Made by a program: the position numbers and the translations under genes. Below, one piece after another: positions 1 through 8,989 of a stretch of DNA of 64,000 bases (position 1 is the first letter of the stretch; each line of letters begins with the position of its first letter). The stretch is taken from positions 480,001-544,000 of the forward strand of contig CBDCDA010000001.1 in assembly GCA_965215335.1 (NCBI GenBank). The letters are read 5' to 3'. The notes below the pieces were generated by a model that was not told where the DNA came from, did not search any database, and saw only the letters and a program-made list of their open reading frames with translations. The stretch is from an uncultured Candidatus Entotheonella sp. GTDB taxonomy: Bacteria > Tectomicrobia > Entotheonellia > Entotheonellales > Entotheonellaceae.

Positions 1-603
1 TTTTACGAGCAGATCTCCCTGTTTCTGGCGTCTCAACCTTCCTAGCCTTGTGGCATCTTCACGGATATTTCTGATTCGAGGTAACAGAATGGTCGCGGGG
101 AACGGGACTCTCGTAGCCGGCTGAGTTATTTCAACCCCTTGTCCTTCCAGACGTATGTGGCTCTTGGCCGGCTTCTTGGAAGTGCCCCTGAAATACTGAA
201 ATGCGAGGGAACGTTCGTCAAAAATGTTCGTCTCCGAAATTCTGCCTGTACAGTCAAGGGGAATCTCCGTGGAGGCCTGGAGTTCCGAGGCGATTTCCAA
301 AGTCAATCGACCGCGCGATGTATGCACCCCCTTAATCTCAATGGCCTGCCCCATGTCCAGGTTGAAGAACAACTGTTTCCAGAAAGGCTCACCTGCCGGG
401 ACGCCGTTTGATTCCAAACCGCGGATGACGTTCGCGTTCAATGCCATTTGTGCATTTCCGGCCCCGGCCAACAGGAAAAGTGCCTCAAGCAAGCTGGTCT
501 TGCCGGAGTTGTTCCTGCCGGCAATGAGATTGATGGCACTCAGCTGATCGATGTTGAGATCGTTGAAACCGCGAAAATTGCGTATCTGCAAACGTTTCAA
601 CAC
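1..603 (-). CDS. AAA family ATPase (AAA_15/AAA_21, ABC-like), 5' part; runs off the window
   Basis: Not in the ORF track. Manual translation from GTG at 603 gives MLKRLQIRNFRGFNDLNIDQLSAINLIAGRNNSGKTSLLEALF with Walker A GRNNSGKT; open to base 1; GAGGAG RBS upstream. Confidence 0.85.
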   Translation of the reverse strand, partial: MLKRLQIRNFRGFNDLNIDQLSAINLIAGRNNSGKTSLLEALFLLAGAGNAQMALNANVIRGLESNGVPAGEPFWKQLFFNLDMGQAIEIKGVHTSRGRLTLEIASELQASTEIPLDCTGRISETNIFDERSLAFQYFRGTSKKPAKSHIRLEGQGVEITQPATRVPFPATILLPRIRNIREDATRLGRLRRQKQGDLLVK

Positions 604-740
604 AGCTTTCACTCCTCGCTTGTCAGGCTTCCCAGGCTTTTCGCAGCTGCCCAGGCATGCACATTGAAAGCGCGATCGGGGTCGGCGCGGTTCGGGTTGC
701 ACTTTTCGGACAAAGCCGCCACGTGGCGGCCAGCGTTCGT

Positions 741-840
741 TCAGGCATTATAGGCGTTAAACGTTTGGTGCAGCATCGCCGGCAACAAAGCCTCCACATC
801 CTGCCTCGCACTTTCACGTAGAGCCTCCATTTGACGCAAT
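741..840 (-). pseudogene. hsdS: C-terminal remnant of type I R-M specificity subunit HsdS
   Basis: Manual translation LRQMEALRESARQDVEALLPAMLHQTFNAYNA* resembles the HsdS terminal helix (ALLPSILDKAF-like); lies directly after the hsdM sliver. Confidence 0.5.
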
Positions 841-921
841 GGCCTCGGTCGGGCCAGTGGTGTCGAAGAAGATCAGGTTGGTCGGAATGTCGGTATAGGG
901 CGCGAACACGCCGTCGGGTAA

Positions 922-2206
922 GGAATTTGATCCAATTTAGGTTTCCAACTTCATCGTGGGTGTAACTCATAGTTCCAGTCGCCGTGGAACGCGTTGCGAT
1001 GGAGCGACAGGGCGTCCATCTCGGCGTTCGTCGTCACCACTGCGGTCGGGTATGTTCTTGCGTCAAGTTCGGCTCTGACCCGAAGACCTGCGTTGGTACG
1101 CGTATTGCCGATCAAATCGACTATGGTCTCAAAGGTCCGCAACGGCTTGCCTCGCCAATTCTGCGTGATGTGGCAGAACAGACGATGCTCGATCTTGTTC
1201 CATTTGCTGGTACCGGGCGGGAAGTGGCTGACGTGGATGCGCACACCCGTCTCGTCGGCAAACTGTTGCAGTCCGTGCTTCCAGGCGCGACAGCGATACC
1301 CGTTGCTACCGCCCGCATCGGCAGTGATGAATAGCTCACGAGCCTCGGAGTAGCGACGCTTGCCCATCTCGTCCCACCACCGCCGCAGCGAGGCCACCGC
1401 GAACGCCGGCGTGTCGTGGTCACACCCAACACTGACCCATGCTTCGTTGCCTCCCATATCATAGATGCCATAGGGAATGGCCTTGCCCGTCGCGTCCTGA
1501 GGAAAGTCGTGAACCCGTGATTGCTCGGGCTGCCCCTTCGGTTGCCACTCCCGGCCAGCGTTCTTGAAATCACCCACCAACTCCTTCTTCTTGGTGTCGA
1601 CCGATACCACCGGCTGACCGCGTTGCAAAAACTCATCTGCCTTTGAATTGATATGTTCGAACTGTGCATTGCGATCGGGGTGCGACGCCCCTTCTCGACT
1701 CTTGCGCACCGATTGCAGGCGATAGCCGAGCTCATGCAGTAAACGGCCCACCGTCGTCGAACTGACCTTCCAGCCAGCCTTCGACAGCGCCACGGTGAGC
1801 TTCGCTTTGCTCTTGCACGTCCACCTCAACGGCGACTGCGGGTCGCCGCGAGTCAACGGATCAACCAACTGCTCCAGCGCTTGCTTGATGCCCGGCTGAG
1901 ACTGCTCGATGCCCGGTCGTCCAGCGCCCGGTCGGCGCACCCGGCCAAACTCAGTGCCACCACCTGCCAGCTCTCGGCGTCCCGCCCGAATGGTCGGGCG
2001 CGACAATCCTGTCGCATCCGACACCAGGGCATCTCCTCCATAGCCGATGGCACGCGACTCCGTGGCTGCCCAGATACGACGCCCACGCTCATCAAGAAAC
2101 GCTTCGATCGCCGCGTACTTCTCAACAATGGTGGCTTCGAGTTCGTGATCGCGCCTCATTGAAACACAAAACTCAAAACATGAAAAACTAATTTGCGACA
2201 AATTCC
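922..2206 (-). mobile_element. ISAzo13-family insertion sequence
   Basis: Imperfect TIRs GGAATTTGATCCAATTTAG (922-940) and GGAATTTGTCGCAAATTAG (reverse complement of 2188-2206); TAA direct repeat at 919-921 and 2207-2209. Confidence 0.9.
951..2159 (-). CDS. ISAzo13-family DDE transposase
   Basis: Motifs DPQSPLRWTCKS, SVDTKKKELVG, DAGGSNG, PPGTSKWNKIEHRLF, FHGDWNY. Start moved to the ATG (MRRDHELE) inside the TIRs. Confidence 0.92.
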   Translation of the reverse strand: MRRDHELEATIVEKYAAIEAFLDERGRRIWAATESRAIGYGGDALVSDATGLSRPTIRAGRRELAGGGTEFGRVRRPGAGRPGIEQSQPGIKQALEQLVDPLTRGDPQSPLRWTCKSKAKLTVALSKAGWKVSSTTVGRLLHELGYRLQSVRKSREGASHPDRNAQFEHINSKADEFLQRGQPVVSVDTKKKELVGDFKNAGREWQPKGQPEQSRVHDFPQDATGKAIPYGIYDMGGNEAWVSVGCDHDTPAFAVASLRRWWDEMGKRRYSEARELFITADAGGSNGYRCRAWKHGLQQFADETGVRIHVSHFPPGTSKWNKIEHRLFCHITQNWRGKPLRTFETIVDLIGNTRTNAGLRVRAELDARTYPTAVVTTNAEMDALSLHRNAFHGDWNYELHPR

Positions 2207-2250
2207 TAAGCGCACCACGGTGTGCAGATTGAAGCGCGCCAGCAGGTCGG

Positions 2251-3070
2251 CATTCAGCCTGGCCAGCGCGAGCCGCATCTCCAGCGCGTGTTCCTGATTG
2301 ACGCAGAAAACGAGGGTCTTGGCAAAGCGGTCGGTCTGTTTGAGAAAGTCCGTCAGGTGGCGCGCGATGGCCGCGGTGCGCGCCAGCAGACGCCACGAGG
2401 CGCTCGAAGTCACTGGGTGGTGTATTCCTTGTCTGGGACCTGCCGGCCGTAGCGGTCCAGTTCCCCCTTCTGCGGCCGCCAGCCGGCGGCGTCGGTGTCG
2501 GTAATGACCCGGTGCACGCGGTAGAGTGCCAGGAAGCCGTCGTCGATACCCTGCGCCAGGCTGTATTCGTAGAGCGGAGCGCCGAAATAGTCGTAGGTGT
2601 CGATGTTGTCCGCGCGCCGCGGGGTGGCCGTCATGCCGACCTGCGTGGCTGGCGCGAACCATTCCAGGATGTCGCGCCAATTGCTGTCGTCCCGCGCGCT
2701 GCCGCGGTGGCATTCGTCGATGGTGACCGGATCAAAGAAGTCGCGCGGATAGTCGCGGTACAGACCGGGCCGGTTCTCGTCGTGGGCGATGGCCTGGTAG
2801 ATGGCGAAGTACATGTCGTGGCTGGTGACCGCCCGACCTGCGGTGATTTTATGCCGCGCGTCGCCGAACGGGCGGAAGTCCTTGGCCATGGGATCGTCCA
2901 CCAGAACGTTGCGGTCGGACAGGAAGAGGATTTGCGGACCATAGTTTCCAGCAGATCTGGAACTGGAAGGCGACCGCTGTCTTTCCCGCGCCGGCGCACA
3001 GCGTCGGCAACATGCGGCGGCCTTGCAAGACGGTCTGCACGGCCCGGCACACGGCAATTTCTGGTAGTCG
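2251..3070 (-). pseudogene. hsdR: Type I restriction enzyme HsdR (EcoEI R-like helicase part), frameshifted and truncated
   Basis: Pieces in different frames: GAGKTAVAFQ..WKLW; ILFLSDRNVLVDDP..IDECHRGSARDDSNWRDILEWF..GMTATP..YEYSLAQGIDDGFL; KTLVFCVNQEHA. Confidence 0.85.
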
Positions 3071-3135
3071 CTGAGCGCGTCGCGCAGCACGTCGCAGGCG
3101 CTTGGTTCTTGGCCCATCGCCGCAGGACATCGCGG

Positions 3136-4065
3136 TCAATCCGCCAAGTTGAGCAGGCTTTCAAGCTCACCGATGATGGTGAGCGCGGATTGTGCCGCCG
3201 GCTGCGGCAGGTCGGCTGCGCCCTCGGCTCTCTGCCGCTGCCGCTCGAGAGCCGCGCGGGCCTGCTGGTCGGTTGTGCCCTCCTGAAAGGTCCTCAGGAA
3301 CTCTCGCCAGTACTTCGAGTTGATGCCGCACAGTTGGACGTCGCCCAGCTTCTGCATGTACGCGTCCATCATGCCGGTTCGCGCCAATCGTCCGAAATTC
3401 CCGCCCCCATCCGCTCTTGGTCGGTCGAGGATCTGATCGGACTTCCGTGGATACGGCTGTATTCCGTCCGGCACGTCGATCTGCGTGTCCAACCTCGTCC
3501 GCCGCACGTGCTGCCAGTGGTGATTCCGATGGGCCGCCGCGAATCTCGCGGATTCAACGAACGGCTCGAAAAGGATCGGCGAACCGCTGATGACGTTGGC
3601 CAAGACCCACGGAACCACGACGATGAGATCTTGAACGGCGCACGCTTCCTCGGTGACCTGGAACCTCAGACTCGGTTCCGCTTCCTTGGCGAGCAGGTAC
3701 CATCCCTTGAGTTCGATGCCCATCAGGATCTCGTCGCCCGCGATCCGGCGCAGCAGAACGTCGGGGAAGGTCTGCGCCTGTCGGACAAAGCTGTAAAGCG
3801 CAGACCGGCCGTTCGGATCCCACGTGTTCCGTATCAGGTTCAACGTGCGAACGACCTGCTCTTCGATGGTGGCACCGAGCACCGTGTTCAACGTGTGCAG
3901 ATCGGTCGCCATGATGCCGGAAATGTGCGTCTCCGTACGGAAATAGACCGGGAGAGACGCGACAGCTTCACGGATTCCGTTGTACAGATCCAGGTGTTCC
4001 CAGTCTTCGAGAGGTAGACTTCGCTCCGGCGGGGCCGGAATACCGGGGCCACGTTCGCCGTTCAC
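3136..4065 (-). CDS. Putative type II restriction endonuclease (PD-(D/E)xK fold)
   Basis: FPDVLL...GIELKGW pattern; overlaps the stop of the upstream DNA methyltransferase by 4 nt. Confidence 0.6.
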   Translation of the reverse strand: MNGERGPGIPAPPERSLPLEDWEHLDLYNGIREAVASLPVYFRTETHISGIMATDLHTLNTVLGATIEEQVVRTLNLIRNTWDPNGRSALYSFVRQAQTFPDVLLRRIAGDEILMGIELKGWYLLAKEAEPSLRFQVTEEACAVQDLIVVVPWVLANVISGSPILFEPFVESARFAAAHRNHHWQHVRRTRLDTQIDVPDGIQPYPRKSDQILDRPRADGGGNFGRLARTGMMDAYMQKLGDVQLCGINSKYWREFLRTFQEGTTDQQARAALERQRQRAEGAADLPQPAAQSALTIIGELESLLNLAD

Positions 4066-5291
4066 GCTGCGGCCAACCTCTCCGCGGCAGCGACGTAGAA
4101 CTCAGGTACCGTCTCGGCAGCGTAGTACTCCCGGCCACTGAGAAACGAGACGACGGCACCCGGACACAAGCCCCCGAACGGCTCCCAAACGACGTCGCCT
4201 CGGTCCGTCGATGCTCGCACGATTCGGTCGATGAACCGGAGCGGCTTCTGACTGCCATGCAGGCTACGAAACTTGTACTTCATCCTGTTGCGCGACCCCT
4301 GAATTCGCTCCGCACCGCTAACCTGCGGTTCACGCCAGACGTTCGTGACGCCAACGGTACACGAGAACTTCGCGCGTAGCGCCGCCCACTCGCGGCCGGA
4401 CAAGGGGCGCCGCCCATCCACGCTGAAGAAGGGTCGCCCAGCCGGACGACCATGCACATTCGCGTACTCGACCAGCTTCACGAACGCCTCGACCGGCGGG
4501 TAGTACCACAAGTGGTCGCCAGTCAGGTACTTGCGCGTCGCGGCGTTCAACACCCCGCAGGCCTCGTTTGCCACGCGCAAGGGCAGGCCGGTTCGGCGCC
4601 ACTCCGACCGCAGCCATTCCTGCATGTTCAAGGCACGCTCTCCGACGGTGAACCGAGCCGCCTTGACATAGTGCACGCATACCTCGGTGACGATCGGAAA
4701 CTTCCTCAAGGTCTGCGTGTTGGCATTCCCTGCGATGTGGCCGATGCCCTTGTCCCAGATGTTGCAGCAGCGATACTCCCAGCCGTACTCCGCAAGCACC
4801 GGATGGACATTGGCCCAACCGATCTCGGTGTTCCAGAACCACAAGGTGGTGGCTGGCGTCGAACGAGCGCTCCACGCGCGGACATGGGGTTCGTACCACT
4901 CGGCTAACGACTCTGCCGTGCGGCGATCGCCTGGGAAGCCATCGATACCGTACGGGCCATCCGAGATCAGACAGGTTGGAGCGGGCCACTCGGCGTACAA
5001 GTCCTCCGCGAGGCCGAAGTGGAGAGATGCCGTTCCGCGACAGAAGCGCTCGCCGGGCGCGGGTCTCGGCCGGCGGTGATTGTGCTGCGGAAACAATTTC
5101 CGTTGCGGTCCAGAGTCGTTCGTGGCCCCTACTTTCTGCACCGCCTCGGCATCCCGACAGTCTACGATAGCGCTCGGATCGTTGCCGGGACGCGTCCCGG
5201 GACTGCCCAGATCAGACGAGTTCTCCGCACCTCGCCGTCTTGTGGATGTGCTCACGTCCGCCTCTGGCCAGCAGGATGCACAGCGCGGCAA
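4062..5291 (-). CDS. DNA amino-methyltransferase (N4-C/N6-A, beta-class order); true start probably downstream of 5291
   Basis: SDGPYG (motif IV-like), NIWDKG, HGSQKPL and DVVWEPFGG (motif I-like), in beta order. Confidence 0.8.
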   Translation of the reverse strand: MPRCASCWPEADVSTSTRRRGAENSSDLGSPGTRPGNDPSAIVDCRDAEAVQKVGATNDSGPQRKLFPQHNHRRPRPAPGERFCRGTASLHFGLAEDLYAEWPAPTCLISDGPYGIDGFPGDRRTAESLAEWYEPHVRAWSARSTPATTLWFWNTEIGWANVHPVLAEYGWEYRCCNIWDKGIGHIAGNANTQTLRKFPIVTEVCVHYVKAARFTVGERALNMQEWLRSEWRRTGLPLRVANEACGVLNAATRKYLTGDHLWYYPPVEAFVKLVEYANVHGRPAGRPFFSVDGRRPLSGREWAALRAKFSCTVGVTNVWREPQVSGAERIQGSRNRMKYKFRSLHGSQKPLRFIDRIVRASTDRGDVVWEPFGGLCPGAVVSFLSGREYYAAETVPEFYVAAAERLAAA

Positions 5292-5388
5292 CCAGCATCA
5301 CGCTCCAGCCCTTCATGCGGGCCGAATCCGTCGCGAGGCGGTTGACGACGCCCTGGATGAGTTCGAGGTGCTTCAGCTTGGCATCCAT
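5212..5388 (-). pseudogene. Truncated N-terminus of a small membrane protein (KHLExIQxVxxR..KGW type)
   Basis: Manual translation MDAKLKHLELIQGVVNRLATDSARMKGWSVMLVAALCILLARGG...; 58 aa with one hydrophobic stretch; below the ORF-track cut-off. Confidence 0.5.
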
Positions 5389-5791
5389 ACGGTGGCGATT
5401 CCAAGGGGCGCCCCTGGGAGGGCGCAGGCACGTCTACCGACGGACGCATGGGCCAACATGACCGGATCGGTCGCCGCTCTCCTGGGCAACAGCCGACGGC
5501 CGGCGCCGGGCCTTGGCGGCCCGGCCGCAAGTACCGCACAACGGGCAGCGTATCACAAGTCGCGGCCGTCCTCCACGAGCACGGTCATGGACGGCACCAC
5601 GCGGTCCACGGATGCTGTCGGCGGGGGGCGAGGCGTCGTTCAAGGCGCGTAGTCGGATGCGCGACGGGGGCCGTTGGCGATGGGAGCAGTCGAGGGGGTG
5701 AGGCGGCCGCAACGGCGGCCACACCGGCCGGGGTAGGGGCGTTGGCCTTCCTGCCAAGGAAGATTCTCAAGGGGAGCGACCCGGCCCGGCA

Positions 5792-5839
5792 GGTGTGACG
5801 GAGGATGTGACTGGAGGTGTGACTGGGCGTGTAATTTGG
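5792..5839. repeat. Imperfect 12-bp tandem repeat, 4 units, TGTGAC core
   Basis: GGTGTGACGGAG / GATGTGACTGGA / GGTGTGACTGGG / CGTGTAATTTGG. Confidence 0.55.
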
Positions 5840-5964
5840 TCACGCCATAGGGCAACGTGATCGAGTCCGTGGGTCACACTGAGCCATGTCAAGCGGCACG
5901 CAGCGCAGATCGCCAGAAAACAAGGATTGCTCTGTGTCCGTACCGTTCGGGTCGGCGATCTGGC

Positions 5965-6514
5965 CAGGCCCAGGACCTATAAAGGGTTATCATTGAACAT
6001 ATCGGATTCAAGACCCTGACTCCATGGGGAGGCTCATCATGCCTGATCATCACTTCTGGCTCTCCGATGCGCAGTTTGCCCGACTCCAACCCCTGCTGCC
6101 CAACAAGGTGCGCGGCGTCCCACGCGTCGATGACCGAAAGGTCATCAGCGGCATCATCCACGTCATTCGCCACGGCCTCATCAGGTCAGCGACTATCGCG
6201 GGGCTGATACGATTGTGCCTGCTCTACCGGCGTCCGGGGTCCTGATTGCCGACAAGGGCCATGACAGCAACCGGTTGCGCCGGGCGCTTGCCAGGCGAGG
6301 CATGGCGTCGTGCATTCCGGGCCGTGCCAATCGTAAAGAGCCGATTGTCCACGACCGCGAGCTTTACAAGAGTCGTAACTTCATCGAGCGTCTGTTTGGC
6401 CGTCTCAAGGATTGGCGTCGCATCGCCACGCGCCATGACCGGTGTGCGCACACCTTTTTCAGTGCCATCTGTCTTGCTGCCACGGTCATCTTCTGGTTAT
6501 GAGTCCTGAACCTG
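5965..6514 (+). mobile_element. IS5-family (IS427-like) remnant with internal deletion
   Basis: OrfA start at 6039 (FWLSDAQFARLQPLLPNKVRGVPRVDDRKVISGI) joined near 6180 to the OrfB tail (IADKGHDS..RNFIERLFGRLKDWRRIATRHDR). Imperfect TIRs CAGGCCCAGGACCTATAA and CAGGTTCAGGACTCATAA. Confidence 0.8.
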
Positions 6515-6626
6515 AGTCCCCACACCGGAAATCCTTGACACTCGAATTCCCAAGCGTCGAAAATGAACCGTTCTTGAACAGGCTAAATCTCGATACGCAG
6601 GAACGATATGGGGGACAGGACACACG

Positions 6627-8957
6627 ATGGCGAGCGCGTTGGATGGCATCACGGTGTTGGAACTGAGCCACAGTCCGGCAGGGGCCATGGCCGGCATGTT
6701 TCTTGGCGACCACGGCGCCCGGGTCATCCGGCTGCTCGACCGTAACGCGCCAGCCACGCGGCGTGGCGGCTATCGGGTGTGGGACCGCGGCAAGGCATGC
6801 CATCAGTTGGACCTGTCGCAGGCCACGGCCTATGAACACCTGATTCGCAGCGCCGACGTCGTCCTCGAAGACTTCCCGCCTTCATCCGACCGACAGGCTC
6901 TGGTGCGGCCCAATTGGCTCGCCGCCCTCAATCCCCGCCTGATTCACTGCTCCATCACCGCCTACGGCAAGCACGGTCCGCTCAGAGACGAACCGGCCAT
7001 CGACGAACTCGTGATGGCGCGCATGGGTATCCTGGCAACCATGCCCGGTTACCGCCCCGGGCCCGTGCACGTGGTGCACCCGCTGCCCAGCGTCGGGGCG
7101 GCGCTCTTCGCCGCCATCGGCATAGCGGCGTCATTGCTGGCCAGAGAGAAGACGGGTAGAGGACGAAGCGTGGAAACGTCCCTGATGGCGGGGAGCCTGC
7201 TGTATCAGCCGAAAGTGGTGGCGCAACACCTGGACCCACGGCCCTTTCAGACCCACCCGGCCGGCAGCGGACCGTTCTACAGCGTCTACGCCTGCGCTGA
7301 CGGCAACTGGGTGCAATTGGGCTGTGTGCATCTCGGCTTCATCCAAATCGCGGCGAAAGTCATGGGTATCGCTGACGTGCTCGACGACCCGCGCTTCGGT
7401 GGCGGGCAAATCCCGGTGTCCCCCGAGGCGGACCTCGACCTGCGGGCGCGCATTGCCGAAGCGATCGTGACGCGGCCTTACGCCCACTGGGCCAGGTGCT
7501 TCGAGGACGCCGACGTGCCATTCGCGCTGGCGCGGACCACCGAAGAGGGGTTGAACGACCCGCAGGTGCGGGCCAACGGCATGGTCAAGACACTGACGGA
7601 CCCCGAAGTTGGCCCACTGACGCAAATGGGCGTGCCCGTTCAACTCTCTCAGACACCCGGACGGATTCGGGGGCCGCGCACGCTGTCTGGCCTATCGTCA
7701 GCGGACCTGATCGAGGATGCGGCAATCCCGGCGGCTGTATCGTCCACTCCGTTGCCTGAAACGGAATTCGATCTTCCCCTGAAAGACGTCAGGGTATTGG
7801 AGATTACCAACCTGATCGCCGGCCCCATCGCCGGACGCCTGTTGGCCGACCTCGGAGCCGACGTCATCAAAGTGGAACCCCACGCCGGCGACATTTCGCG
7901 CCCCCTCGGGCGCACGTATTTCTTCAGCGTCAACGTCAACAAACGCTCCCTGTGCCTCAACACGCACGAGCCGGATGGCAAGGTCGTGGCGCAGAAAGTG
8001 GCGGCCACTGCGGACGTCATGCTGGCCAACCTGCGCCCCGGCGCCACGGCGCGCATGGGCCTGGGGCCGGACAACTTGCGGGAATTGAATCCGCGCCTGA
8101 TCGAAACGCACGTGACTGGTTTCGGCGCCACGGGCCCCTACGCCCACCGGCCCGGCATCGATCCGCTGTCGCAAGCCCTCATGGGCCTGTCACGCGCCCA
8201 AGGTGGCGCGGAGAACCCACCCGTGTTCCCCGCTCAATTGGCACCCACCGATTACACCGCCGGCGCGATGGGCGCGTACGGTACCATCCTGGCCCTGTTC
8301 GTCCGCGAGCGTACCGGCCAAGCGCAGCGCGTCGATACCAATCTGCTCAATGGCGGCATCGTCCTCACGTCCGAGTGGTTCACGCGCTACGACGGCAAAC
8401 CCGCGCGCCCCTTGGCCGACAAGGGACAGTACGGCTTGACGGCGTTTCATCGCTTGTATGAATTGAAGAACGGCTGGTTGTACGTTGCCGCGGATACGCC
8501 AGACGCCCAGCGAGCCCTGTGCGAAGCCCTGGGTTGCGGGGCGAACCTGGAGAAACCAGACGTCGGGTTGGGAGCAGGGGAAGGGCACCCCGGCGTCGCC
8601 ACGCCGGCTGATGAACTGGCCCAGCGTTTTGCCGGCCTGCGCCTGACGGAGACCATGAAGCGGCTACAGTCCGCAAACGTTCCGTGTGCCCCCGTTGTCG
8701 GCGGTGACAGCGAGTCCTTCCTCGACAACCCACATGCCACCGACAACCAAATGGTTTTGGCATACGAACATCATGTTGTTGGCCACATGCTGGTTGCCGG
8801 GCATTACGTGCAATTCGGCAATACCCCCATCGTACCCGGCAAACCTACCCCCCTGCTGGGTCAGCACACACAGGACACGCTTCGGGAGGTCGGCTATACT
8901 GAGAACGCTATTGCCGACCTGTACGGCAAGGCAGTAGTCAAAACCGAAGACCCGTAG
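6627..8957 (+). CDS. CaiB/BaiF family CoA-transferase, two tandem domains
   Basis: Two repeats (LDGITVLELS..LGDHGARVI and LKDVRVLEIT..IAGP..LADLGADVIKVE), each with the conserved Asp (PAID, PGID). Confidence 0.9.
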   Translation: MASALDGITVLELSHSPAGAMAGMFLGDHGARVIRLLDRNAPATRRGGYRVWDRGKACHQLDLSQATAYEHLIRSADVVLEDFPPSSDRQALVRPNWLAALNPRLIHCSITAYGKHGPLRDEPAIDELVMARMGILATMPGYRPGPVHVVHPLPSVGAALFAAIGIAASLLAREKTGRGRSVETSLMAGSLLYQPKVVAQHLDPRPFQTHPAGSGPFYSVYACADGNWVQLGCVHLGFIQIAAKVMGIADVLDDPRFGGGQIPVSPEADLDLRARIAEAIVTRPYAHWARCFEDADVPFALARTTEEGLNDPQVRANGMVKTLTDPEVGPLTQMGVPVQLSQTPGRIRGPRTLSGLSSADLIEDAAIPAAVSSTPLPETEFDLPLKDVRVLEITNLIAGPIAGRLLADLGADVIKVEPHAGDISRPLGRTYFFSVNVNKRSLCLNTHEPDGKVVAQKVAATADVMLANLRPGATARMGLGPDNLRELNPRLIETHVTGFGATGPYAHRPGIDPLSQALMGLSRAQGGAENPPVFPAQLAPTDYTAGAMGAYGTILALFVRERTGQAQRVDTNLLNGGIVLTSEWFTRYDGKPARPLADKGQYGLTAFHRLYELKNGWLYVAADTPDAQRALCEALGCGANLEKPDVGLGAGEGHPGVATPADELAQRFAGLRLTETMKRLQSANVPCAPVVGGDSESFLDNPHATDNQMVLAYEHHVVGHMLVAGHYVQFGNTPIVPGKPTPLLGQHTQDTLREVGYTENAIADLYGKAVVKTEDP

Positions 8958-8989
8958 CCGCCTGACTGACCCCTGAAAGAAGAAACCCG

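Larger units (their letters stand above)
841..2250 (-). pseudogene. hsdM: Internal fragment of type I R-M methyltransferase HsdM, split by ISAzo13
   Basis: Removing 922-2209 restores ADLLARFNLHTVVRLPDGVFAPYTDIPTNLIFFDTTGPT, a typical HsdM segment. Confidence 0.8.

Noticed and set aside
2160..2396. 79-aa N-terminal extension of the transposase in the ORF track
   Set aside because: It crosses the IS end at 2206 into hsd remnant sequence.
2512..4017. 501-aa plus-strand ORF
   Set aside because: Antisense shadow of the hsdR fragment and nuclease gene; no motifs.
5390..5790. Coding sequence upstream of the membrane stub
   Set aside because: All frames are Pro/Arg/Ala-rich with no recognisable family.
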